Virus record (IMG/VR): IMGVR_UViG_3300003471_000084
Location: 1-62,083 of that record
Direction: 5' to 3' (one strand)
Origin: a virus
Taxonomy: Duplodnaviria > Caudoviricetes
Length of the DNA: 62,083 nucleotides
The first letter of the stretch is position 1, and every line of letters starts with the position of its first letter. The position numbers and the translations under genes are program-made. This document shows positions 26,106-35,260 of this stretch, in pieces. The notes below the pieces were generated by a model, which did no database searches, was not told the origin of the DNA, and saw only the letters and a list, made by a program, of their open reading frames with translations.

Positions 26106-28103
26106 ATGGACAATGTTTTAAACTTTCAAGAACTGATTGATGGCTATGTACAGCTTAACGACTGGCGGGTTAAAGAGAATTCTACAGTGAGCTACTCAGT
26201 AGGCGGCCTTATTCTCTCAAACTCTGGCGCAGTCACCGCTAACTATTGGCTGTCGAACGTTTATGATAAAGAAATTGCGGACGCGCATCGAAACGCTGCA
26301 CTTCATTTGCATGACCTGTCCATGTTGACTGGTTATTGCGCCGGTTGGAGTTTGAAGCAGCTTATTCAGGAGGGTCTTGGCGGTGTCGCAAGTAAAATCT
26401 CGTCAACTCCGGCAAGTCATCTGTCTACGCTCTGCAATCAAATGGTTAACTTCATCGGCATTTTGCAGAATGAATGGGCTGGAGCACAAGCTTTCTCTTC
26501 CTTTGACACTTATCTTTCACCTTTTGTCAAGATTGATAAGCTTACTCAAAAGGAGATTAAGCAGTGCATCCAGTCTTTTGTCTTCGGTATCAACACCCCA
26601 TCACGCTGGGGAACTCAGGCTCCTTTCTGTAACATCACTTTGGATTGGACGGTCCCGAATGACTTGAAGCATCTCCCAGCTATCGTTGGCGGACGAGAGA
26701 TGGACTTTACTTATGGCGATTGCCAGAATGAAATGGACATGGTCAACAAAGCCTTCATAGAGATTATGATTGAGGGTGACGCCAACGGCCGGGGTTTTCA
26801 ATATCCTATTCCCACTTACTCCATTACTAAAGACTTTGACTGGGGTGAAACCGAGAACAACAAACTCCTTTTTGAAATGACAGCGAAATATGGCACTCCC
26901 TATTTCTCCAACTACGTCAATTCTGATATGGAACCGAGCGATGTTCGCTCCATGTGCTGCCGCCTGAGACTCGACTTGCGTGAACTTCGCAAAAAATCCG
27001 GTGGATTCTTCGGCTCAGGCGAGTCTACTGGTTCTGTTGGAGTGGTCACTATCAACTTGCCGAGAATCGCATATTTGGCTAAGAACGAACATGACTTCTA
27101 TGCGAAGTTGAACGAGTTGATGGATGTTGCGGCTCGCTCCCTCAAGGTGAAACGTACATTTATAACGCAGCTTCTTGAAGCTGGTCTATATCCTTACACT
27201 CGGCAGTACCTCGGCACGTTCAACAACCACTTCTCCACTATCGGTCTGGTTGGTATGAATGAGACCGGGCTCAACGCTAACTGGCTGCGTAAGGATTTGT
27301 CCACTCCAGAGGTTCGGAAGTTTGCTAAGGATGTTCTCAATCACATGAGGGAACGCCTAAGCGACTATCAAGAGCAGTATGGTGACCTTTACAACCTGGA
27401 GGCGACACCGGCCGAGTCTACAGCCTATCGCTTTGCAAAGTCGGATAAGAAACAATACCCGGACATCATCACTGCGAATGAAGACGGTACTCCTTACTAT
27501 ACCAACTCCAGCCATCTCCCTGTCGGGTATACGGACGATATATTTGCAGCCCTCGATATTCAGGACGGTCTTCAGACTTTATACACCTCTGGGACCGTAT
27601 TTCATGCTTTCCTTGGTGAGCAACTTTCTGATTGGAGGCAGGCTGCCCACTTAGTTCGCAAGATTGCTGAGAATTATAAGTTGCCGTATTACACCCTGTC
27701 TCCCACCTACTCCATCTGTAAGCATCACGGCTATCTGAATGGTAAAGCTTCGAATTGTCCGGTTTGTGGCGAGAAAACCGAAATCTACAGCCGTATCACT
27801 GGTTATTATCGTCCGGTTCAGAATTGGAATGACGGTAAGGTGCAGGAATTTGAGGATCGACAGACATATACGGCAACTCAGACGCTTATGTTAATCGGAA
27901 CTAACACCTGTCCAAAGTGTAAGCAAGCGGAGAAGATTTTAAACGATGCTGGAATTACCTTTACAAAACTTTTAGCCGAAGATAATGCCGAGCTCGTATC
28001 TAGGCTTGGAATCAGACAGGCGCCTACTTTAGTAGACGAAAAAAACAAATATATAGGACTTAGTGAAATTTATAACTTTGTTTCGGAGGTGAATGAAAAA
28101 TGA
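26106..28103 (+). CDS. nrdD: Anaerobic ribonucleoside-triphosphate reductase with C-terminal glutaredoxin-like domain
   Basis: HLHDL, SMCCRL, EATPAES, YTNS, CPVC, YSRITGYY glycyl loop; C-terminal TCPKC...IRQAPTL. Confidence 0.95.
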   Translation: MDNVLNFQELIDGYVQLNDWRVKENSTVSYSVGGLILSNSGAVTANYWLSNVYDKEIADAHRNAALHLHDLSMLTGYCAGWSLKQLIQEGLGGVASKISSTPASHLSTLCNQMVNFIGILQNEWAGAQAFSSFDTYLSPFVKIDKLTQKEIKQCIQSFVFGINTPSRWGTQAPFCNITLDWTVPNDLKHLPAIVGGREMDFTYGDCQNEMDMVNKAFIEIMIEGDANGRGFQYPIPTYSITKDFDWGETENNKLLFEMTAKYGTPYFSNYVNSDMEPSDVRSMCCRLRLDLRELRKKSGGFFGSGESTGSVGVVTINLPRIAYLAKNEHDFYAKLNELMDVAARSLKVKRTFITQLLEAGLYPYTRQYLGTFNNHFSTIGLVGMNETGLNANWLRKDLSTPEVRKFAKDVLNHMRERLSDYQEQYGDLYNLEATPAESTAYRFAKSDKKQYPDIITANEDGTPYYTNSSHLPVGYTDDIFAALDIQDGLQTLYTSGTVFHAFLGEQLSDWRQAAHLVRKIAENYKLPYYTLSPTYSICKHHGYLNGKASNCPVCGEKTEIYSRITGYYRPVQNWNDGKVQEFEDRQTYTATQTLMLIGTNTCPKCKQAEKILNDAGITFTKLLAEDNAELVSRLGIRQAPTLVDEKNKYIGLSEIYNFVSEVNEK

Positions 28104-28300
28104 GTTGTAGAGATCCTAGAAAAAATGCTTCAGGTTGTTTTGATCCTACAGCTTATGAAGCAATCAAAAACCTTGAGAAAGAAGATGAGACATTTCACAA
28201 ACTTCTACATACAATCTTCAATATCTGTGAGCTTTCGGGTTTTCAAATAGAAGGTCGTATCGTTTTGATCGACAAGCATTCTGGTAAAGTTTGGCGATGA
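28100..28300 (+). CDS. Hypothetical phage protein
   Basis: RBS GGAGGTG; DPTAYEA motif. Confidence 0.65.
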   Translation: MSCRDPRKNASGCFDPTAYEAIKNLEKEDETFHKLLHTIFNICELSGFQIEGRIVLIDKHSGKVWR

Positions 28301-28367
28301 CAAAGTATGTAGGTTACAGAAAGGTGTGATATATTGATTGTGTGACTATAAAGTAGAGCTTGGGTAA

Positions 28368-28396
28368 TTGAAATGGTAATCATTGGGTAGTATAAT
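28368..28396 (+). promoter_or_regulatory. Sigma-A promoter TTGAAA-N17-TATAAT
   Basis: Near-consensus with optimal spacing. Confidence 0.75.
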
Positions 28397-28417
28397 CTCT
28401 GTGGAAGGAGTGATAAT

Positions 28418-28540
28418 TTGAGCAGAGGAAATAAGAAGCGTAGCACGCTTGGCATTCTACTGGACGTTATTCTGACGCTGTGTACCGGCGGGCTATGGCT
28501 CCTTTGGATATTGATTCGGTATCTAAGGAATAATAGCTAA
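28418..28540 (+). CDS. 40-aa membrane peptide (TTG start), moron-like, not in ORF track
   Basis: RBS AAGGAG; MSRGNKKRSTLGILLDVILTLCTGGLWLLWILIRYLRNNS; own promoter and terminator. Confidence 0.7.
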   Translation: MSRGNKKRSTLGILLDVILTLCTGGLWLLWILIRYLRNNS

Positions 28541-28560
28541 TGATGAAAAGCGCATATTAG

Positions 28561-28601
28561 TAGCCCGAGTTTTGTCTATTGGATAAGATTCGGGCTATTT
28601 T
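28561..28601 (+). terminator. Rho-independent terminator
   Basis: TAGCCCGAGT...ATTCGGGCTA followed by T tract. Confidence 0.7.
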
Positions 28602-28603
28602 AT

Positions 28604-28934
28604 GCCCACTTTTTGAAAATAGGAAGTTGGTCTTTTTGGAATTTGGACCGATTTTGGCAAAGTATACGGACGAAAAACGCCTTTACTTTTCATTTTTGCC
28701 CACTTTGTATGGGTTTTTACCCATCTTTGAGAGATGAAAGTGGGCTTGAAAATTTGGACCCATTTTCTGAAAACGGGGGTTTTGTGGATCTTTTTTGTGA
28801 AAAAAGGCTGATTTGCGCAAATTTATTTTGAAGAAGAATGAAAAAGCCCACTTGCCCACTTTTATTTCTATTTAATTGTGATAAAAAGATTAAAGATATT
28901 AAAGAGTTTGGTCAATAAAAGTGGGTAAATGGGC
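28604..28934. other. Candidate replication origin with GCCCACTT iterons
   Basis: GCCCACTT at 28604, 28698, 28846, 28854; inverted copies at 28738, 28919, 28927 (the last two imperfect); AT-rich core 28862-28916. Confidence 0.6.
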
Positions 28935-29077
28935 AGAAGGTATTTTGAGGGTTCTGGGAGCTCATATCACGAATAATAGAAAAAGTCAATAGTCTTTCAA
29001 AAATGGTTTCTTTTTCATGCAGTTTATGGTATACTGTTAGCTAAATATGATTTCACATCACGGAGGATTGAAAATAA

Positions 29078-29866
29078 ATGAAACGAAAAATTTTAGCGAT
29101 GCTAGTCGCTTTGACATTCGTAATATCGTTAGTTGGATGTAGTGGGTCGGCTCTATCCGATGATCAAATTAATATGCCCTCTTCGTCTAAGAAGATGAAG
29201 GGTGTTAACTACCAAGAAGTTATCGCTCAACTGCAAGAAGCTGGTTTTACAAATGTTGAAACAGAAGTTTTAAACGATTTGGTTCTTGGATTGACGACCA
29301 AAGATGGCGAAGTCGAGAAAGTAGCTGTAGATGGTGATACTCTCTTTAGCACCGATGATAAGTTTTCCAAGGATGCGAATATTATAGTGACTTATCATAC
29401 ATTCCCTGCTAAAGAGGAAAATACAAATAAGGAATCGGAAGCAACTCAACAACCTACAGAAAAACTCGAAACTAAAGACGAACATCTTACTGTTGACAAT
29501 AGTGATGATCTCTCTGCTCTCTTACAGCTCAAAGATCCAACGGATTCAAGTGTAGAAGAGTTTGCCGATAAACATTATGGACAAACAGTAGAATTTAATG
29601 GTCGTATCGATTACATCACAAATCACGGTGATTATAAAACTCGATGGGATCTTTTAGTGTCTTCTGGAGATTACGACGAGAACACTCAAACAGGCCCTAC
29701 TTTTAAATTTAACGATGTTGGATTACAACAGTTAGGGATTAAGGATTTGTTCCTTCCGGACTTTGTTAAAGTCGGAACCAACATCAGCATAGTTGCAAAG
29801 ATTGGTAAATATGACCCAACGTCTGGAATTTTCATTCTTAACCCAATATCGATAACAGAAAGATAA
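29078..29866 (+). CDS. Lipoprotein (DUF4839-like), moron
   Basis: Signal peptide with LVGC lipobox; upstream TGGTATACT extended -10; terminator 29881-29917. Confidence 0.75.
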   Translation: MKRKILAMLVALTFVISLVGCSGSALSDDQINMPSSSKKMKGVNYQEVIAQLQEAGFTNVETEVLNDLVLGLTTKDGEVEKVAVDGDTLFSTDDKFSKDANIIVTYHTFPAKEENTNKESEATQQPTEKLETKDEHLTVDNSDDLSALLQLKDPTDSSVEEFADKHYGQTVEFNGRIDYITNHGDYKTRWDLLVSSGDYDENTQTGPTFKFNDVGLQQLGIKDLFLPDFVKVGTNISIVAKIGKYDPTSGIFILNPISITER

Positions 29867-30035
29867 ATCAATCAATTTATAAAGCCTGTGCCTTAACCGG
29901 TATGGGCTTTTTCTTTTGTCATTTTTAGTCACGCGAAAAAAACATACCCTTTTATGAAGAGAGAAGGATAAAATGCGACCTGCATTTACTTTCTCTTTTC
30001 TTTTGTTCAAAAAATTGAAAGGAGGCTCAAGAAAA

Positions 30036-30353
30036 ATGTTAGAAAACAGATTTAAAACAAAATTGATTCGGGAACTAAAAAAAATGTTCCCAGGGTGTAT
30101 GGTAATCCATACTGATCCAAATGAAATTCAAGGTATACCCGATTTGATCGTGTTATATGAGGACACGTGGGCCGCCTTAGAAGGTAAAAAAAGTGAAGAC
30201 GCACCATGTCAACCAAATCAGCCTTACTATGTTGATTTAATGAACAAAATGTCATTTGCAGATTTTATTTATCCAGAAAATAAAGAGGAGGTGCTGTATG
30301 AACTTCAACAAACATTTGAATCTAGAAGGGCAACACGCTTTTCTCGGTGCTAG
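30036..30353 (+). CDS. VRR-NUC-like PD-(D/E)xK nuclease / resolvase
   Basis: LE...QGIPDL...LEGK...Q motifs. Confidence 0.75.
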   Translation: MLENRFKTKLIRELKKMFPGCMVIHTDPNEIQGIPDLIVLYEDTWAALEGKKSEDAPCQPNQPYYVDLMNKMSFADFIYPENKEEVLYELQQTFESRRATRFSRC

Positions 30354-30855
30354 CAAGTATCATTGGATAAACTACAGTCCTGAAAAAGTTGCCGAGTCCT
30401 ATTCGAAATTCTTGGCTACCCAAAAAGGAACCATACTTCACGAGTTTGCTGAACAGTGTATCAGGCTCGGGCAGAAATTACCTAAGTCTCAGAAGACACT
30501 TAATATGTACGTAAATGATGCCATTGGTTTCAAAATGATTACTGAGCAAACTCTATTCTATTCTGAAAATTGCTTCGGAACAGCAGATGCTATCTCGTTC
30601 AGGAATGGGCGTCTGAGAATTCACGATTTGAAGACTGGCGTAACCCCGGCACATATGGAGCAGCTTTTGGTTTATGTAGCCCTTTTCTGTTTGGAGTATA
30701 AGGTTAAACCATCAGAAATTGATATTGAATTACGATTATATCAAAACGATCAAATTTTGTATCTCGAACCAACAGCCGAAGAAATCGTCCCAATTATGGA
30801 CAAGATTATCACTTTTGACAAGGTGATTTCAAAAATTAAAGCAGAGGAGGAATAA
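30298..30855 (+). CDS. DUF2800-like PD-(D/E)xK nuclease
   Basis: GTILHE, FGTADAI, IHDLKTG, QLLVY. Confidence 0.75.
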   Translation: MNFNKHLNLEGQHAFLGASKYHWINYSPEKVAESYSKFLATQKGTILHEFAEQCIRLGQKLPKSQKTLNMYVNDAIGFKMITEQTLFYSENCFGTADAISFRNGRLRIHDLKTGVTPAHMEQLLVYVALFCLEYKVKPSEIDIELRLYQNDQILYLEPTAEEIVPIMDKIITFDKVISKIKAEEE

Positions 30856-30858
30856 GCC

Positions 30859-33543
30859 ATGAATCCCATAGCGGAAGACATTTTAAAGCATTATGGAACG
30901 CCAAAACGTTCTGGTCGCTATCCTTGGGGTTCGGGCGACAATCCTTACCAACACAGCGGAGACTTTCTTAGTCGAGTTGAAGAGCTTAAAAAGAAAGGAT
31001 TGACCGAAAAGCAGATAGCGGAAACTTTTGGTCTTACCACCTCCCAACTAAGAACTCAGCGATCTTTAGCAAAAGATGAACGACGTGCTCTTGATGTTGC
31101 TACAGCCAGAGGTCTTCGCGAAAAAGGATATAGTCTAAACGAGATTGCGGAAAAGATGGGTTACAACAATGACTCGTCTGTGCGTTCTCTTCTCGATGAG
31201 GGTTCCGAAGCTCGTATGAATCAGGCGAAGAAAACTGCTGACTTTCTGAGAAAGCAGATCGATGAAAAAGGGATGATCGATGTTGGCGTTGGTGTTGAGA
31301 GGGAATTAGGTATTTCTAAAGAGAAACTTAGTCAAGCTCTGTACATATTGGAAATGGAAGGCTATCCCGTTTATGGTGGCGGCGTTCCACAGGTTACCAA
31401 TGCCGGAAAGCAAACCAACATCAAAGTTATCTGTCCTCCGGGAACAGAACACAAAGAAATATATCAGTTTGATAAGATCAATTCTGTCACTGATTATGTG
31501 TCTCACGATGGAGGCGATACTTTCGACACTTTTGTCTATCCAAAAAGCATGGATTCTAAACGTGTTCAGATTCGTTATAAGGAAGAAGGCGGCGCAGACA
31601 AAGACGGAGTTATCGAACTTCGCAGAGGTGTCGACGATCTGGCCTTAGGTGATTCTCATTATGCTCAAGTTCGAATTCTGGTAGATGGAAAGAAGTATAT
31701 CAAAGGAATGGCTATCTATTCAGATGATCTTCCGGATGGTGTTGATGTAATGTTTAACACAAATAAGAAAGTTGGAACTCCGAAAGGCGATGTTCTTAAA
31801 AACATTACTGCGGACCCTGACAATCCGTTCGGTTCTCTAATCAAAGCCGGTGGACAAAGTTATTACATCGACAAAAATGGAGAACGCCAGCTTTCCCTAA
31901 TTAATAAGAGAGCAGAAGAAGGCGATTGGGGTGAATGGGCGGACAAGTTACCATCTCAGTTTCTATCAAAACAGAGTATGACTCTGATAAAGAAACAGCT
32001 TGGTTTGGCGGCTGCCGACAAAATAGCTGAATTTGATGAGATTTGTTCTCTTACGAATCCTACTGTTAAAAAGGCTCTCTTGAAATCTTTTGCTGATGAT
32101 TGTGATTCGGCTGCCGTGCATCTACAGGCTGCTGCTTTACCACGACAGAAGTATCAGGTTATCCTCCCGATCACATCGATGAAAGATACTGAGGTCTATG
32201 CTCCGAATTACGAAAACGGAGAGAAAGTAGCATTGGTAAGATTTCCTCATGGTGGAACGTTTGAGATTCCTGTATTGACCGTGAACAACAAGCAGTCCGA
32301 TGCTCGACGAATTCTTGGAAATGCTCTCGATGCGGTTGGTATCAATAGTAAAGTTGCAGAGCGTTTGTCCGGCGCTGATTTTGATGGTGATACAGTCATG
32401 GTCATTCCTATGAGCGGTAAAGTCAAGATCACTTCTACAAAACCGCTTGAAGGTCTTGAAGGATTCGATTCTAAAATGACTTATGGTCCTGGATCGTATA
32501 AAGAAGGTAGTATCAGGTTGATGAAAAACACCCAGACAGAAATGGGAAAAATCTCAAACCTGATTACTGACATGACTTTGAAAGGCGCCACAGATAAAGA
32601 ACTCGCAAGAGCCGTCCGCCATAGTATGGTTGTCATTGATGCCGAGAAACACAAACTCAATTATAAACAAAGCGAGATAGATAACGGAATCTCTTCTCTT
32701 AAGAAAAAGTATCAAGGAACTGTCGATGAAGATGGTAAATACCATGAAGGCGCCGCTACTCTAATTTCGAGAGCTAAGTCTGAGACTACTGTTCTTAAAA
32801 GAAAAGGAAGCCCAATCATCGATAAAGAAACCGGTGAACAAAGTTACAAAGAAGTCCGTGAGGAGTACATCGATAAGAAGACGGGTAAGGTGAAAATCAG
32901 AACTCAAGGCAGCACAAAGATGGCAGAAACAAGAGATGCTTATACCCTATCTTCAGGAACACCCCAGGAAGAAGCCTATGCTGACTACGCCAATCGAATG
33001 AAGGCCCTTGCCAACCAAGCTCGCAAAGAAATGATGAATACTGGTAAGATTGCCTATTCTTCTTCGGCTAAGGCGACCTATCAAAGGGAAGTAGACTCCC
33101 TAACAGCCCAACTCAATATAGCTTTAAAGAATGCCCCACGTGAACGGCAGGCCCAGGTTTCTGCAAATGCAACCGTTGATGCGAAAAAGCAAGCCAATCC
33201 CGACATGACAAATAGCGAGATAAAGAAAGCTAAACAACAAGAGCTAACAAAAGCTCGTGCTGCTGTTGGTGCTAGGCGTGAACCGATTAAGGTCTCCGAT
33301 CGCGAATGGGAAGCTATTCAAGCAGGCGCAATAAGTGAGAACAAGTTGAATCAGATCATCAACAATGTTGACATTGATAGTCTTCGTCAGCGAGCAACTC
33401 CTCGTGCCACGACAAAGCTTAGCTCGGCTAAGGTGAATAAGATTTCGTCGATGAGTGCTTCTGGTTACAACACCGCCGAGATAGCGAAAGCTCTAGGTGT
33501 GTCCCCATCTACTGTGTCCAACTACCTAAAAGGAAAGGAGTGA
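30859..33543 (+). CDS. Putative single-chain two-barrel (YonO/RdRP-like) RNA polymerase with terminal HTH domains
   Basis: KDGVI, QVR...KG, VRFP, SGADFDGD (32371-32391), MGKISN, VIDAEK in the order seen in cellular RdRP-like enzymes. Confidence 0.78.
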   Translation: MNPIAEDILKHYGTPKRSGRYPWGSGDNPYQHSGDFLSRVEELKKKGLTEKQIAETFGLTTSQLRTQRSLAKDERRALDVATARGLREKGYSLNEIAEKMGYNNDSSVRSLLDEGSEARMNQAKKTADFLRKQIDEKGMIDVGVGVERELGISKEKLSQALYILEMEGYPVYGGGVPQVTNAGKQTNIKVICPPGTEHKEIYQFDKINSVTDYVSHDGGDTFDTFVYPKSMDSKRVQIRYKEEGGADKDGVIELRRGVDDLALGDSHYAQVRILVDGKKYIKGMAIYSDDLPDGVDVMFNTNKKVGTPKGDVLKNITADPDNPFGSLIKAGGQSYYIDKNGERQLSLINKRAEEGDWGEWADKLPSQFLSKQSMTLIKKQLGLAAADKIAEFDEICSLTNPTVKKALLKSFADDCDSAAVHLQAAALPRQKYQVILPITSMKDTEVYAPNYENGEKVALVRFPHGGTFEIPVLTVNNKQSDARRILGNALDAVGINSKVAERLSGADFDGDTVMVIPMSGKVKITSTKPLEGLEGFDSKMTYGPGSYKEGSIRLMKNTQTEMGKISNLITDMTLKGATDKELARAVRHSMVVIDAEKHKLNYKQSEIDNGISSLKKKYQGTVDEDGKYHEGAATLISRAKSETTVLKRKGSPIIDKETGEQSYKEVREEYIDKKTGKVKIRTQGSTKMAETRDAYTLSSGTPQEEAYADYANRMKALANQARKEMMNTGKIAYSSSAKATYQREVDSLTAQLNIALKNAPRERQAQVSANATVDAKKQANPDMTNSEIKKAKQQELTKARAAVGARREPIKVSDREWEAIQAGAISENKLNQIINNVDIDSLRQRATPRATTKLSSAKVNKISSMSASGYNTAEIAKALGVSPSTVSNYLKGKE

Positions 33544-33550
33544 ACTAACC

Positions 33551-33802
33551 ATGCAAAACACATGCATGTTAACTACGTTTGACAATCCTTTCAATCCGTT
33601 CGAACAGTTCACTTCTTGGCTTTTGTTCGACATGGAAAAAGGATACAACTCTTGTGCTTACTTGGCAAGAATTGCTCGAACTTCTGATCAGCTTTCGGAA
33701 GAAGAAAACAATTTGGAAGTTGAAAGAGCGATTGATGAGATAGTCAAGCATGACTTCCGTAATATCTACAAGAAAGTAAAACAACAAGTTACAAGTGCTT
33801 AA
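33551..33802 (+). CDS. Hypothetical phage protein
   Basis: RBS AAAGGAG; LTTFDNPFNPF motif. Confidence 0.7.
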   Translation: MQNTCMLTTFDNPFNPFEQFTSWLLFDMEKGYNSCAYLARIARTSDQLSEEENNLEVERAIDEIVKHDFRNIYKKVKQQVTSA

Positions 33803-33883
33803 ACGGATTGTTTACTTGTTTCGAAAAGTGTTTAGTTTATTTCTTTATTAGAATTTACTACAACATCCAACTACTGATAACTA

Positions 33884-33952
33884 TGGGGAGGGGTCCGTAA
33901 AAAGCACACCCCCCTCCGTCATCGCGGCCCTCCTCAAAAATTCCCCGGAGGA
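33884..33952. other. Candidate genome-end/packaging (cos-like) region
   Basis: GC-rich non-coding G- and C-tracts upstream of the terminase/HNH module. Confidence 0.4.
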
Positions 33953-33972
33953 CATATTTGAGAGGGGTTTTC

Positions 33973-34107
33973 GGTTTCTGTATAGCATTTAAAAGAGCTC
34001 GCAAGGTTTGTCAATGGTCAAAAACCATTTTTTTCAATCCTCCTTTTCTCCTTTCAAGTTTTGTTTAGGATGAACCTTGTGAGTTCTTTTAAATGCTATG
34101 CAAAACC
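33973..34107 (+). ncRNA. Long hairpin RNA with anti-Shine-Dalgarno loop
   Basis: 33-bp stem 33980-34012 / 34069-34101 in which all 5 non-Watson-Crick pairs are G-U on the + strand; loop contains TCCTCCTTTTCTCCTTTCAA. Confidence 0.7.
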
Positions 34108-34182
34108 AATACTAAAGTCCTCCAAAGCCAAACAGGACTACTACCAAAGTCCACGATATTTCACAGAGAGGAGGTAGTAAGG

Positions 34183-34524
34183 ATGAGGAAAGCTAAAGTC
34201 GTTAGCTCTTCTTCGGAACCTTCGCGAATGATGAGACCGGCTTTATCTCCTGAAGCTAGGGAAAACCAATTGGTATCCTTGGCTGTCGACCTTGCTGAAC
34301 AACAATTGAGAGACGGAACAGCCTCCTCTCAGGTTATTACACACTACCTAAAGATAGGGTCAACGAAAGAAAAGGTCGAAAAGGAGATTCTTGAAAAGCA
34401 GAAAGAATTGATGGAAGCAAAGACACAAGCCATTAAATCTCAACAAAGAAGCGAAGAGTTATTTTCAGAAGCTATCAGAGCCTTCGGCGTTTACAGTGGA
34501 CGTGGTGATTCCCATGATGATTAA
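34183..34524 (+). CDS. Putative terminase small subunit
   Basis: Position upstream of HNH and terL; size; RBS GGAGG. Confidence 0.5.
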   Translation: MRKAKVVSSSSEPSRMMRPALSPEARENQLVSLAVDLAEQQLRDGTASSQVITHYLKIGSTKEKVEKEILEKQKELMEAKTQAIKSQQRSEELFSEAIRAFGVYSGRGDSHDD

Positions 34525-34930
34525 AACATATTCGGAATTATCCAGACTGCAAACTTTTGAAGAACGGTACAAATACTTACGGCTTCGCGGATCTGTCGGA
34601 GAAGAAACATTCGGTTTCGATAGATTCATCAATCAAAACTTCTATAAATCTCGAGAGTGGCAATCCATCCGAGATTTTGTAATCGTTAGAGACAACGGAT
34701 GTGATCTTGGTGTCGAGGGTTATGAGATTTATGGAACAATATTGATTCATCACATGAATCCACTTTTGACAAAAGACATCCTCGATAAAAGCGAATTTTT
34801 GTTGAACCCAGAGTATCTGATATCAACAATTCTTACAACTCACAATGCAATTCACTATGGTGATGAAGGTCTTCTAATAAAAGCACCCATTCAAAGAACC
34901 AAAAACGATATGTGTCCATGGAGGCACTAA
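34514..34930 (+). CDS. HNH endonuclease (packaging associated)
   Basis: FYKSREW...RDNGC...IHHMNP...N...THNAIH. Confidence 0.8.
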   Translation: MMIKTYSELSRLQTFEERYKYLRLRGSVGEETFGFDRFINQNFYKSREWQSIRDFVIVRDNGCDLGVEGYEIYGTILIHHMNPLLTKDILDKSEFLLNPEYLISTILTTHNAIHYGDEGLLIKAPIQRTKNDMCPWRH

Positions 34931-34948
34931 TAAAAGGAGGAACAGTAA

Positions 34949-35248
34949 ATGTATCAGGAAAATTCCACTAGAGAAACCGGTTCGGTTGTTGAGCAACAGA
35001 CTGAGCTGGAAGTCAGCAGGAATGAGTTCGAGGAATTCAATGACATCCTGCTTGGCATCGTAACTGGATGTGAGAAACTCAATGTACGTAAAGAGCCTAG
35101 CTCGACGGCCGCCATTATCTGCGAGATTGAGAATCGAACCGAAGTCATGATCGAAGAGGTGGAGTCCACAGAAGACTTCTACAAAGTCTGCACTGCTTCT
35201 GGGATCGATGGTTTCTGCATGAGGAAGTTTATCGAGATTCAGTCATAA
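34949..35248 (+). CDS. SH3b-domain protein
   Basis: LNVRKEPS...FYKV...GFC motif. Confidence 0.7.
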   Translation: MYQENSTRETGSVVEQQTELEVSRNEFEEFNDILLGIVTGCEKLNVRKEPSSTAAIICEIENRTEVMIEEVESTEDFYKVCTASGIDGFCMRKFIEIQS

Positions 35249-35260
35249 AGGAGGAACATT

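Noticed and set aside
28613-28831. 72-aa ORF in the iteron region
   Set aside because: No RBS, TTG start, low-complexity composition; region looks non-coding
30298-30855. Cas4/CRISPR adaptation module
   Set aside because: PD-(D/E)xK nuclease without the Fe-S cysteine cluster; no cas1 or array
34011-34057. Minus-strand minigene MVFDH with strong RBS
   Set aside because: Not listed as a CDS because the surrounding stem pairs fully only on the + strand (G-U pairs would be A-C on minus); kept as the alternative explanation
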